From: Schmidtea nova
Taxonomy: Eukaryota
Direction of reading: 5' to 3'
DNA length: 64,000 nucleotides
Assembly: GCA_044892505.1 (NCBI GenBank)
Contig: JBJFYY010000020.1
Coordinates: forward strand, 124,001 to 188,000
Shown here: positions 25,071 through 35,742 of the stretch, piece by piece
Layout: each line of letters starts with the position of its first letter
How positions within the stretch are numbered: the stretch's first letter is position 1
Notes under the pieces: generated by a model
Database searches by the model: none
What the model saw: the letters and a program-made list of their open reading frames with translations, nothing else
What the model was told of the DNA's origin: nothing
Position numbers and translations under genes: made by a program

Positions 25071-26122
25071 AAAGATCAAAGGTGAAACAAAAATATAATT
25101 ATGATAATTCTATTTTAATTGATTATTTCTTCATAATGGAGATAAAATTTTTTAGAAAATTAATTAATTAATTATTTTTAAATACATGAAATGTTGAGTA
25201 ATTTTTATGAAAATAATTTTTAAGTGGATTTATTTTAATTAATTTCAATGTTAATTAGGGTAATATCATTGACGATAAAATTATGGGGACTCATATTTTA
25301 GTGGAAGTATCAATGAAATCCTTTTAAATGGAGTAAATTCATTTAAATGAGAAAATTCGCTAAAAGCAAAAATCCATTCAAATGAGGAAATTCACTAAAA
25401 GGAAAACATTTTTCAGTGGGAAATAATCATTGTGAAACGAGTTTTAATTGTGAATTATCTTGTTGTATATTTATTAAAGGGTATTTTGATGGATTTCAAT
25501 AGTCATTAATTCCATTAAATTATTTGATTTTCTATAAAAATATAAAGTGTATCTAACCACCTGACTTTAAGTGTTTTGATGGTTATAGTCATTAAATACA
25601 TTAAATTATAATTCTATTTAACGATTTTTTAACTCTTTCTTATAACTTCCGATTTCTGTTTGTTTTCTTGTCAAACTTTGGATCGATTTTTAACCCACTT
25701 CCCGATATCCAATCGATCTGATAATTTGCGAGCAGAGTCGTGGTGGCCCACAAATTATTCCATTGAAAAATTGAAAAATTTTGAAAAATTTTGAAACAAT
25801 GTGATTTTTCAATTTACTGTTGCCAAAAAACTACCAATCAATGAAACAACAATAAAATTAACCGAGAACACGAGAAAAAGAAAGAGTTACATCAAAACTT
25901 GTTTTTATGGGTTCCTTTTTTAAGATTTAAAGTCAGCTAATAACTTGAATGTCGACAATAAAGAAGATAGTGGTATTGATAATAAATAATTCATTGACTA
26001 ATTAATTTTTTTTTAAATTGTAGTTTATTTACTGCACTGAGATTTTTAATTTGTTGCGTATAGCAATGTTGGTGTTATGGGTTGTTATGAAATTTTTATT
26101 AGTCTCTAGGGATTACTATAAC

Positions 26123-27105
26123 TCACAGCTCATCATAAATGTTAAACTTTACTACTCTTTCTCGAGCCGATGTTGTTGGCTTCATGGATCTTAGAAAACC
26201 TTTGCATACATTGGCTACCTCATCTGCATTTTCTAACGTCTTACAGCTTACACATCCCACCGTTTGTCTAATATTCTCTAGTAACAGCCCTTCTTGAATT
26301 GGATTAATAGTTGTTGTTCCCACCTTCCTTCCTCAAATACGGTTTTAACTAGTCTTCTCAGTACCTTTGCATAAATTGCATGTGTTTCATTTACCCTTTG
26401 TTTTCGGTTTAAGAATTCGTATATATCAAGTTGTTCGTCTTTCCTAGTTTCAAAAATTTCGATTTCTTTAAAATTCTTTGATAGCTTCTTTTCGTCTTCT
26501 AATCCGATATACCAATCTAATGCGCTATAATTTAAAATATATGAGAATATTCGTACTCTCAACTCTGGTGTCCATCCTGATGCTGTTACAAATGCTTATA
26601 ACTGTCAGAAACATGCTCTGAATTTCCATCAAACTGTTTTCTTGCAAATCTTGTTTTAAAACTAGGTTCTAGAGTTCTAGTGAGTTGTTCCTCTAATTTT
26701 GGTTTTTTGTTACACTACTGGTTCGATTTAGAGTGTTGTTCTCAGTTTACTTCATTCTAGAGATGCAGTTTTCTCCTTTATTCCAATTATCGTTTCCCTT
26801 TATTGAATGTCTTTACTCTGAATTGCCCGAAAAGCTTCCCTTCCTCTCCTCTTTGCTGCCATTAGTTCTTCTTCTCTTAAAAAACTTTATTTAGCTGTCG
26901 ACTGTCTGGACCAAGTTTGATTTCCGATTGACTTAATCTTTCTGTTTTAGCTTTGACTGTTTTGTTACTGCCCTATAGTGTTTGCTGATTGATTTCCGAA
27001 TAAAAAATATACTTTTAACCGTCTAGGTGGCCACCTTTGCTCACACAGTTTCAATCAATTAAATGAGCAAATTTTTTCTTCTTTATTCTCTTAAGTGTTT
27101 ACCGA
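26123..27105 (-). pseudogene. Decayed relative of the gag-only LTR family, left part (gag remnant); target of the Polinton
   Basis: ILNYSALDWYIGL...RKQRVNETHAIYAKVLRRLVK resembles the 6314..7075 Gag. 26995-27050 is homologous to 7615-7680. Confidence 0.65.
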
Positions 27106-27860
27106 AGTAGGTAGATGTGTGGAGCCGGGAACAAAGACATTATGACTCATGCGTGGGCGGAAAAAAAAGAACAAAGACCCCCTCCCCCCCGGGGGGGTAG
27201 AAATTTTTTTTGATGAGTCATCGATGAGTCATAGAAATTTTTTTTGATGAGTCATCGATGAGTCATCGATGAGTCATAAATTTTTTTTCAAAAATTTTTT
27301 TTTCGCGCCAAATTTTTTTTTCAAAAATTGTTTTCGCGCCAAATTTTTTTTTCAAAAATTTTTTTTCAGGCAAAATTTTTTTTTGAAAATTTTTTTTTTT
27401 ACAAATTTTTTAAGACAAATTTTTTAAGACGAATTTTTTTTTAACACAAATTATTTTTAGTCCAATTTTTTTATAAGACAAAATTAGAGTCATCAAAAAT
27501 ATTTACAACAGATGTGCAAACTAAACAAAGACATTTTTATATGTGTGCATGTTTAATTAATTATTATTTGTCAAGTATGAAGCTTTTGCACTTCAAAACC
27601 ATCACAGAAGAGGTTCTGCTTCCAGGGTTCTGATCGCAATGTTCTGCTTCCAGGGTTCTGATACTAATTGTTCTGCTACTAATGCTTTTTATTTAATTAT
27701 TATTATCTTTCAAACTAAACAAAGACTTTGCAACATGCGTGCAAGTTAACAAAGACATTGCAACACACGTGCAAGGACTTTGCAACACGCGTGCAACATG
27801 AACAAAGACATTAAAAAATCAAAATTTATTTATAAATATATCGTTGTGTACGTGTACAAA
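27106..27860 (+). repeat. Left TIR of the Polinton (about 755 bp)
   Basis: Reverse complement of about 43801-44825, apart from repeat copy number and a few substitutions. Confidence 0.92.
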
Positions 27861-28407
27861 ATTTAGTTTCAAAATTATTTACATCTGAATTATTACTCGG
27901 AATATTATTCATCGGAATATTATTCATTGTAATATTATTCATCGGAATACTAGTATTTGTCGGAATATTATTCTTTGGAATATTTGAAATCTTCTCCAGC
28001 CGTATGGATGCCGATAACATCATTATAATTATTAATATAAATAAACTTATATAATGTAATACAATTGCTGTTTTTTCGTTTTCAACTGTTTGATTTTGGT
28101 ATCTGACTTCATATTCTTTTTTAACAAATGTTTGATTGATACATTTTAATCTTTCAACTATTTTCATCATTATTTTGTTAATCATTTTTTCAATATCTTT
28201 ATTAATCACATTATTTTTGGAAGGACATTGATTACATTGTAATTTTATTTGATTGCATTCAATGTTTGAGTAAAGACATATATCGTTATAACTCGCGCAA
28301 GTACTATCTTGTTTTCGAAACGGATGGGATGATTGACAATCTTCCAAAGCTTGTTCTCCTTCAGTATTGTCAACACATAATAATAAAATAACTATAATTA
28401 ATTTCAT
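27826..28407 (-). CDS. Polinton accessory type I membrane protein (signal peptide, Cys-rich ectodomain, TM helix, Asn/Pro-rich tail)
   Basis: MKLIIVILLLCVDNTEG; six ectodomain Cys; hydrophobic AIVLHYISLFILIIIMMLSASI; tail of PMNNI repeats. The stop lies inside the TIR. Confidence 0.7.
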   Translation of the reverse strand: MKLIIVILLLCVDNTEGEQALEDCQSSHPFRKQDSTCASYNDICLYSNIECNQIKLQCNQCPSKNNVINKDIEKMINKIMMKIVERLKCINQTFVKKEYEVRYQNQTVENEKTAIVLHYISLFILIIIMMLSASIRLEKISNIPKNNIPTNTSIPMNNITMNNIPMNNIPSNNSDVNNFETKFCTRTQRYIYK

Positions 28408-28471
28408 TTTAAAAACAAAAACTAATATAAAAACTAAATTTGTTCATACTAAAATATTTATTAAAAAACAA

Positions 28472-28888
28472 TTATGCGTATCTTGCATTGTCAACTCTCC
28501 AAATCGGAGTAACAACATCTTTTTTATCAATCTTGTACCCTTGAATAATAACTGTAACGAACCAGTGTTCTTGATCCATGAAATCAATAGTCTGAAAAGC
28601 ATCATGAAACCGAGTTTTTCTGTTATTGATGTACATGGTTTCTTTACATGTCAAATTAACATTCATCTTTGAAAATAATCGATTTAATGCGATAATATCT
28701 TCATTGGCAATAATAACAGCAAGACTGTCATATAAAGATTTTGTTAATTTTACCGGATATGATAATCGATACGGTATTTCATTAACCAAAAAATAAAGTC
28801 GGCTGTCATAGTACATTTGAACTGGTTTTACCTCAGTCTGGTATATTTTTTCTTCGCTTATATCTAGATTTTGTTTTCGTGATTGCAT
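28472..28888 (-). CDS. Conserved Polinton accessory protein of unknown function (probable start MQSRKQNL)
   Basis: Part of ORF 28472..29005. A diverged homolog at 52742-53248 aligns from about this ATG. TGATTGG-N21-TATAAA lies upstream. Confidence 0.72.
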   Translation of the reverse strand: MQSRKQNLDISEEKIYQTEVKPVQMYYDSRLYFLVNEIPYRLSYPVKLTKSLYDSLAVIIANEDIIALNRLFSKMNVNLTCKETMYINNRKTRFHDAFQTIDFMDQEHWFVTVIIQGYKIDKKDVVTPIWRVDNARYA

Positions 28889-29400
28889 GTTGTAAATAGT
28901 GACAATATTTTTTAAAATGTCTTTGTATTTATACTGATGACTGGATGTCTTTGTCCAATCATATTCATGCATTTGTTTTGCACACACTATGCACATGTAT
29001 TGCAATGTCTTTGTTTTATGCGTGCATGTTTAAGTAATTAGTATGTGTTTAGTATGAAGCTTTTGCATATCAAAACCATCACAGAATAGGTTATTCTCAT
29101 AATGTCTGGTTACTAATGTTGTTATTTATTTAATTATTTATTTTATAATACTACTACTTTCTTTCTGAAAAGTATTTAATGAAAAAAAAAAGTTTTTAAC
29201 TTTTATATACAGTTAATAAAAAACTACTACTTTAATGTTTTAATAAAAAACTATTAATATTTAAATAAAATCAATAAAAAAACTTTTATTTAACTAAAAT
29301 GAAAAAGAAAACTAAAATGAATAATAAAACTTTTATTCAACTAATATAACAAAAATGATACAACAAATTACAACAACAACAGCAACAACAACAACAACAT

Positions 29401-30066
29401 TCACATGTCAGATGGTTCGCCACCAAGAGATTGGCAACCATAATCACTATTATTATTATTATCACCATCACAATCTTCTGCCTTTCGATGGCATTGTATA
29501 CAATCCGGTGATTGTGGCGACTCCATACAATCAGATGATGATGATTGAACCGGTTCAGGTGAAAATGGACCATCTAGATTTGGTGCTTCCAAATCTGTTG
29601 TTGTTGTTGTTTCATCATCTGTCGGCTCCGGAGTAGAGTTGGGCCAGGTTTCCTTGACTTGTTCATCCTCCTCCTTTTCCTCATCGATTTTGTCCATTTG
29701 TTGGACATCATAGAGTTTGAGGGAATTCCTCAAAACCCAGATATTAAACTGCCGGATTCTTTCCACGCAGCTCCCGCATTGATAAGCGCACATAATGTGC
29801 TCGGGTACCATTGGGATATCTGTATTCTGGCTCGTCATGTGATCGAGCACAATCTGATTGATATCTATTCCCGTCAAGACCATTATCTTGTACGGGAACA
29901 TCTCCGGAGCCGTGTAGACCAGAGCCGGCATCAGGTTCGGGAATAGCTCCTCCAATTTGCGATAGATAACGTTCATTAATTTATCTGAAATAATAATAAT
30001 ATAAAATATGAAAAATAAATAATTAAAATCCTTACGGCTTTTTATTAGTGTTTGGGTCATCGACAT
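29401..30066 (-). CDS. Polinton accessory protein (Cys/His cluster plus acidic S/T/P-rich tail); probable 51-nt intron at 29985-30035
   Basis: 221-codon ORF. GTAAGG...TTTCAG removes an AT-rich hydrophobic in-frame stretch, giving MSMTQTLIKSHKLMNVIYRK. Confidence 0.65.
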   Translation of the reverse strand: MSMTQTLIKSRKDFNYLFFIFYIIIISDKLMNVIYRKLEELFPNLMPALVYTAPEMFPYKIMVLTGIDINQIVLDHMTSQNTDIPMVPEHIMCAYQCGSCVERIRQFNIWVLRNSLKLYDVQQMDKIDEEKEEDEQVKETWPNSTPEPTDDETTTTTDLEAPNLDGPFSPEPVQSSSSDCMESPQSPDCIQCHRKAEDCDGDNNNNSDYGCQSLGGEPSDM

Positions 30067-30247
30067 AATTGTGAATATAAACTATGTGAGATTGTTCATA
30101 GTATATATATATATATCAAAGAAACACACATGATTTGAAACACACATAATGAACCAATCAGAGTGAAGCATGAACAACATGTCTTTATTCTAACGATACA
30201 CACAGAGCCAATCAGAATCGTGCATTTCTAATGCATCGATATTGCAG

Positions 30248-30715
30248 TCATGAGTCACATGTTAGTATGAAATCAACAAAGGCTTTATCTTCTATAATTG
30301 ATTTTATATCGTAAATAATATCATCAACTATAGTACTATAGTCTTTGTTTTTTAATCCTAATATGACTAATTTCCCACTTGCAAATATATTTACACACAT
30401 GGGATTATATTTGATATATCTCAAAGCTGGAAATAATTCTGGCTCGTAAACACACGGTATTAATTTCGATAATTCATTCAAATTACAAATGAATCCTAAA
30501 TCCGCAGTTACAGTTATCGATTGTATCTTTAAATCGTAAAACTCAACTTGTTCGTCACTAATAAATTCCCTGCATCCCATTATTCTATATCTTCCTGATT
30601 TAAAGTATATTATTGGGTATTTTCCACTTCGATTTACAATTTGCTGGGGTTTTCCTTTTGGAAATTTCATGTGTGATACATCTGTCTTACCCTTGTAATT
30701 AATGTTTCTAATCAT
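30248..30715 (-). CDS. TATA-binding-protein (TBP)-like protein encoded by the Polinton
   Basis: LKIQSITVTADLGF...VYEPELFPALRY...VNIFASGKLVILGLK matches TBP repeat 2 (FKIQNMVGSCDVKF...SYEPELFPGLIY...LLIFVSGKVVLTGAK). IIYFKSGRYRIMGCR matches the end of repeat 1. Confidence 0.85.
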   Translation of the reverse strand: MIRNINYKGKTDVSHMKFPKGKPQQIVNRSGKYPIIYFKSGRYRIMGCREFISDEQVEFYDLKIQSITVTADLGFICNLNELSKLIPCVYEPELFPALRYIKYNPMCVNIFASGKLVILGLKNKDYSTIVDDIIYDIKSIIEDKAFVDFILTCDS

Positions 30716-30808
30716 TACTGGAAATATTTTGAAATGAAATAATTACTTTGAGAACAGGTATTTAAAACAAATATAAACAATAATATTAAGAAAATATAAT
30801 TTTTAAAT

Positions 30809-31432
30809 ATGGAATTAAGAAATGATGCAGTGTTTCAAATTGTTGGTCCGAGCGGGAGTGGAAAAACTTTATTTGTTTGTAAATTATTGCAATCGAAATT
30901 ATTCAAGTCAAAATTTAATAATATTTATTGGCATAGGGGTGCTGACGACGAAAGTGGAATGACACAAGATCAATTTTGTAAAATAAAAATGACAATCATT
31001 AAAGGTTTCGATAAAAACTGGTCATCTAGATTAAAACATGGTGATGTGATTATCATTGACGACTTGTATCAAGAAGCAAATAAAGAAAAGGATTTCAATA
31101 ACTTATTTACGAAAATCAGTAGACATAAAGGTGTTACTGTTATTTTTATAACTCAGAATTTATTTCATCAGGGCGGTAGTCATCGAACTCGTAATTTAAA
31201 TGTTCAATATCTTGTTGTTTTTAAAAATCCTAGAGATGCAACAGTTATTGATTTTCTGGCAAGACAAGCTTATCCTTCTAATCGTAACTTTTTGATTGAA
31301 GCCTTTCAAGATGCTACAAAATCTCCTCATGGATATATTTTCCTTGATTTTACTCAACAATGCAGTGATCATTTACGCGTTAGAACTGATATTTTTAACC
31401 CTGAAGGAGCCATGGTTTATAAACAAAGTTAA
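30809..31432 (+). CDS. FtsK-HerA/A32-like DNA packaging ATPase
   Basis: Walker A GPSGSGKT, Walker B IIIDD, SRHKGVTVIFITQ, RTRNLNVQYLVVFKNPRD. Confidence 0.95.
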   Translation: MELRNDAVFQIVGPSGSGKTLFVCKLLQSKLFKSKFNNIYWHRGADDESGMTQDQFCKIKMTIIKGFDKNWSSRLKHGDVIIIDDLYQEANKEKDFNNLFTKISRHKGVTVIFITQNLFHQGGSHRTRNLNVQYLVVFKNPRDATVIDFLARQAYPSNRNFLIEAFQDATKSPHGYIFLDFTQQCSDHLRVRTDIFNPEGAMVYKQS

Positions 31433-31452
31433 TTCTGTTTGCAATCGTAATC

Positions 31453-31962
31453 ATGTTAATGAAATCTCGAGTAAAGTTTGAGCCATTGATAAAGGCTAGA
31501 ACAAAGAAAGCGGGAAAGAAAACAAAGAAACTATTTACAAAGAAATCTATAAAGAAATCAAGAAAGAAATCCAAGAAAATACTTATGGATAATATTCCCA
31601 AAAATAATTTGAAATCTAATGCTAAACAAGCACATCATCGGAGTTTACCGTTTTTTAATGCATTACTTAAAGCCCCTTCCGTTAGAAGAATGGGTATTCT
31701 TCAATCGTTTCCTAGTTACGTCATCGATGATTTACTCTCTATTTTAATTAAAGTCGTGCGATGTAAAATGAATCTAACTCCATCTAATCGCCGTGTTTTG
31801 AACAAGCATAAAAAACCATTGTTGTCGCTAGTAAACTCAAAAAATAAAAAACTTATGCGCAAAGTAATATATAAACAACAAGGTGGTTTTATCGCAGCAT
31901 TGTTACCATTAGCATTATCTTTATTGGGAGGTGCTGGTTTATTGGGAAAAAGAAAGTCATAA
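31453..31962 (+). CDS. Basic Polinton core/virion protein with an adenain-type cleavage motif
   Basis: Lys-rich, with a C-terminal QQGG|FIAALLPLALSLLG typical of Polinton conserved small proteins. Confidence 0.75.
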   Translation: MLMKSRVKFEPLIKARTKKAGKKTKKLFTKKSIKKSRKKSKKILMDNIPKNNLKSNAKQAHHRSLPFFNALLKAPSVRRMGILQSFPSYVIDDLLSILIKVVRCKMNLTPSNRRVLNKHKKPLLSLVNSKNKKLMRKVIYKQQGGFIAALLPLALSLLGGAGLLGKRKS

Positions 31963-32017
31963 ACAATGGGTCAATCATTACCTAATTTAAATTTAAACTT
32001 TAAATCTTCTTGTTGCA

Positions 32018-33067
32018 ATGGAGAAGATCTGGACGAACCCAAAAGACGACGCCGGTTTCGGTGGAGTCGAAAAGCTAAGGAAAAAAGCACAGAAGTCGAA
32101 ACAACAGACACAAAGTTGGTTATCGGGGCAACTTGCATACAGTCTAAACAAACCGATGTTGAAACGGTTTCCAACTCGAGCATATAAAACATATAGAATC
32201 AATGATTTGTGGCAAATGGACTTGATGGAAATGATTCCGTATTCCAAAATTAACAAGGGGTACAAGTATATTTTAACATGTATTGATGTTTACAGTAGAT
32301 TTTCTCGAGCAATTGGAGTCAAATCAAAATCTGCTAATGACATGGCAATCGCTATCAAGACAATGATGAAAAAGGATCGGCCAACTAATTTACAAACTGA
32401 TTTGGGTAAATTTTAATTTAAATTTATAAATTTAATATTTTTTTTTTTAGGAAAGGAATTTTACAACAGTAAAGTCAAGGAAGTTATCAAGGGAATAAAT
32501 CATTATTCGGTATTCTCACAATTCAAAGCCGCTCATGTCGAGAGATTTAATCGAACTTTGCGTGATCGATTGAAAAAATACTTTGTTTTTAAAGGCAATA
32601 AAACCTGGATTAATGTCTTACCTCAATTGATTCATAGTTATAATCATAGTGCTCATCGGGGTATAAATGGTAGGAAACCGGCAGAAGTAGTTGATACTGA
32701 AAATATTGTGAGTGAAGTGAAAGTAAAGAAACCAAAATATAAAGTTGATGATCATGTTCGAATTAGCAAGATTAGTACATCGCCATTCGTTAAAAATTTT
32801 GATAATAATTGGAGTGATGAGGTATATCAAATATCGAAAGTCAACACAGTGCAGAATCCTGTCATGTATACTATTCGTGACTCTGATAACAATATAATCA
32901 GCGGCAAATTCTACGAACAAGAATTACAAGTTATTCCTAAACCTACGATATTTAGAATTCAAAAGATTTTGAAGACTAAAATGGTGGGTAAGGATAAACA
33001 ATACTATGTCAAATGGCATGGATATAAAGAACCATCATGGATCTCGTCAAAAAATCTAGTAAAGTGA
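32018..33067 (+). CDS. Retroviral-like (c-)integrase with C-terminal chromodomain; join(32018..32405,32451..33067)
   Basis: WQMDL (D), spliced QTDLG|KEFYN (D), VERFNRTL (E); chromodomain YYVKWHGY...SWI. The 45-nt GT-AG intron restores the frame. Confidence 0.95.
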
Positions 33068-34080
33068 ATTTTTACACTATTTTACCGAGCAATAGTTGTC
33101 CGAATATACATCCGGATAATACCGCAAGTAAATTCATGGTGAATTTACCTAATCCAATTTATTTAAACGGAAATTGGGAAGTTGCTCTAATGGATTTTAC
33201 ATTTGTTTACCAACCTTTTCCATATTATAGTTATTGTAAAATTTATTACTATAAAAAGAAAACAATTGTTGCAAATGCGTTTTTCTCGATATATAATAAT
33301 AATGGCCATCTGAATGTTCCAACTCACACAATCGATCCGGATATCGAATTGTGGCAACGAGGTGGAAGAATATTTCTCACGTGTAATATTGTTCCGTATA
33401 CAATTACATTTAATGATCTTGAGATAGCAAAACGAATGGGAAGTAATAAACTGACAATAACATGTAATCAAGAAGAATGTGAATTCAAAGTTATGCAAAA
33501 CTTGGCCAGTAATGATGAAGAAATAATTACTTTTACTATATCGTATGATCGTGAAGAAGGACATGTATTCACATTCAAGGAGGAGTTGTATATAACGCAT
33601 CTAGATGAATTACAGAAATATATTAGTGATAATTGTTCGGATATTTTTACAGTTGTCGAATTAAATAAATTGTTCAAATTCAAACTCAAAGAAAAAATCA
33701 CTAAAGTCAGATTTGATAAATACTTGGTCAATACATTGGGATTAGATAAGGATACATTTACCGATAAAAATGTCATTTCTGGTGTTCGTCAACCGAAAAT
33801 ATCTAAACTTCATCAGCAATTATTCGTGTATACAAACATTATCGAACCCATTATTGTTGGTGATTCCTTGGTTCCTTTACTAAAATCGGTATGGATTGAA
33901 AAATACGAGCCAGATGAAATTGTTCAAATAGTAATGGATAATCCAATGTATTTATCTGTTTCAACATCCTGTATAAACAATATAGAAATAAATATCCGGG
34001 ATGACAGCGGAAGATTTATAAAATTTCCAAAAGATTCAAAAACTCACTTAACTCTACATTTTCGAAAAAACGATGAGTAA
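33037..34080 (+). CDS. Minor capsid protein (penton, single jelly-roll)
   Basis: FYTILPSNS...NTASKF.V.LP.PI.L.GNWEVAL; LFVYTNIIEP.IVGD..VPLL; NPMY...I.NIEINIRD..G. Confidence 0.88.
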   Translation: MDLVKKSSKVNFYTILPSNSCPNIHPDNTASKFMVNLPNPIYLNGNWEVALMDFTFVYQPFPYYSYCKIYYYKKKTIVANAFFSIYNNNGHLNVPTHTIDPDIELWQRGGRIFLTCNIVPYTITFNDLEIAKRMGSNKLTITCNQEECEFKVMQNLASNDEEIITFTISYDREEGHVFTFKEELYITHLDELQKYISDNCSDIFTVVELNKLFKFKLKEKITKVRFDKYLVNTLGLDKDTFTDKNVISGVRQPKISKLHQQLFVYTNIIEPIIVGDSLVPLLKSVWIEKYEPDEIVQIVMDNPMYLSVSTSCINNIEINIRDDSGRFIKFPKDSKTHLTLHFRKNDE

Positions 34081-34456
34081 TCCCGATATAGTTTCAATGT
34101 ACAGTGATAGCCAGACTGGTGGTGAATTACCGTATTTTGTCGGTAAACAGTATGGATCAGGTTGGTTAAAAACTATTGGGAGATTTGCACTTCCAATTCT
34201 TAGACGACTAGGTAATTTCGGAATGAATACCGCTAAGGACGTTATCATGAAAGATAATAAAATATTACCGTCATTGAAAACCAATGCTTTGGCCGCAGTT
34301 AATAAAGCTATACCTGCTGTAACTCAAATGCTTCCTACAATTACAAGTATGTTTACAAAAAATAAGGAACCGGAATCTGTACCGGTAGGACCAAGACGTA
34401 AACGAAAACGTATAAACAAACGAATGAAAGGTCATGGAACTATATTTGAAGAATGA
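34073..34456 (+). CDS. Polinton conserved small virion protein (amphipathic, adenain-site containing)
   Basis: QTGGELPYFVG.QYGSGWLKTIGRFALPILRRLG motif; basic C-terminus. Confidence 0.78.
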   Translation: MSNPDIVSMYSDSQTGGELPYFVGKQYGSGWLKTIGRFALPILRRLGNFGMNTAKDVIMKDNKILPSLKTNALAAVNKAIPAVTQMLPTITSMFTKNKEPESVPVGPRRKRKRINKRMKGHGTIFEE

Positions 34457-35673
34457 TTTGCGGTAAATCTGAATTATGTCTTTTTGATCGACCATCACCT
34501 CAAGCAGTTATTGAATATGGGGCGTTTGAAGATGTGTTTCCAATGAATTCAATTACAGATAGTAGAAATGATGTTGAATTTTACATTAATGGTTCTCAAA
34601 CCGAATATTTGGATTTGAACGATACATTATTGTCCGTTACAATTAAAGTTGTAGATAAAGATAAAAAAGCTCTAGCCGATGCGAGTGATGTAGTTCCTAA
34701 TAATTACCTGTTTCATACACTTTTCAAAGATGTAATTCTCGGATTTAATAATATAAAAATCGAGGGTGGAAACAATACATATGCGCACAAGGCAATAATC
34801 GAAACTATTTTAAATTATACGAATGATGCGAAAGAAACATGTCTTACTCCAATGGGATATGGTTCAGCTGACGATCGGAAAAAATGGATCAAGGGATCTA
34901 AACTTTTCAACATGTGTTCGTCATTACAACTGGATTTTATGGATCAACCTAAATACTTACTTCCCGGAGTTAATGTACATATTAGATTGAAGCGATCTGA
35001 TTCTGCATTATCATTGAAATCGGTAGGTGGGAAACCTGTTATCCAAATAGTTGATGCAAAATTAATGGTAAGAAGAGTTCGATGTGAATCTTCAGTATTG
35101 GCCGGTCATCAAATTGGTTTAAATAAAAAACATGCAATTTATCCTCTCAAATCAAAAGAAATCGTATCGTTTGCTATCGGTAAAGGAGCATCGTCATTTT
35201 ACAAGGAGAAAATATTTGGGGATAGACGAATGCCTAATTTCATTCTTGTGGCTTTTCAATCCGAAAATCAATATAACGGATCTTATACCGAGTCAACATC
35301 TACATTCAAACACTTTAATGTGACTTCATTAACATTGTCGAAAAATACCGATTATCGTGAAACATATACCCAGGATTTTGAAAATGATAATTTTAGTGCA
35401 TCATATATGCAAAGTCTTGTCCGAAATCTAGGTTATTTGGATAAAAACTTGAATTGTGGTATTGGTCTAGATGAATTTAAATCTAGTTATCCATTCTTTA
35501 CATTTGTTCTGGCTCCCGATTTTGATTTGAATCAAAGCCAAATCCCTCAAAACGGAAATTTACGACTGGATATAAAGTTTGCAAAACCTATTGATGAACC
35601 GGTTCATGTAGTTATTTATGGAGTTTTTGAAAATGAAGTTCAAATTACTGCCAATAGAACAATACTGGTTTGA
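34453..35673 (+). CDS. Major capsid protein (double jelly-roll, PY)
   Basis: KSELCLF...VEFYING...YLDLNDTLL; LDFMDQPKYLLPGV; GNLRLDIKFAKP. Intact 406 aa. Confidence 0.93.
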   Translation: MICGKSELCLFDRPSPQAVIEYGAFEDVFPMNSITDSRNDVEFYINGSQTEYLDLNDTLLSVTIKVVDKDKKALADASDVVPNNYLFHTLFKDVILGFNNIKIEGGNNTYAHKAIIETILNYTNDAKETCLTPMGYGSADDRKKWIKGSKLFNMCSSLQLDFMDQPKYLLPGVNVHIRLKRSDSALSLKSVGGKPVIQIVDAKLMVRRVRCESSVLAGHQIGLNKKHAIYPLKSKEIVSFAIGKGASSFYKEKIFGDRRMPNFILVAFQSENQYNGSYTESTSTFKHFNVTSLTLSKNTDYRETYTQDFENDNFSASYMQSLVRNLGYLDKNLNCGIGLDEFKSSYPFFTFVLAPDFDLNQSQIPQNGNLRLDIKFAKPIDEPVHVVIYGVFENEVQITANRTILV

Positions 35674-35742
35674 GCTTAAACATTACTAGTTTAAGTTCAA
35701 ACAGTATAAATGATCAAAGTTATTATTTTTATTATTCTTATT

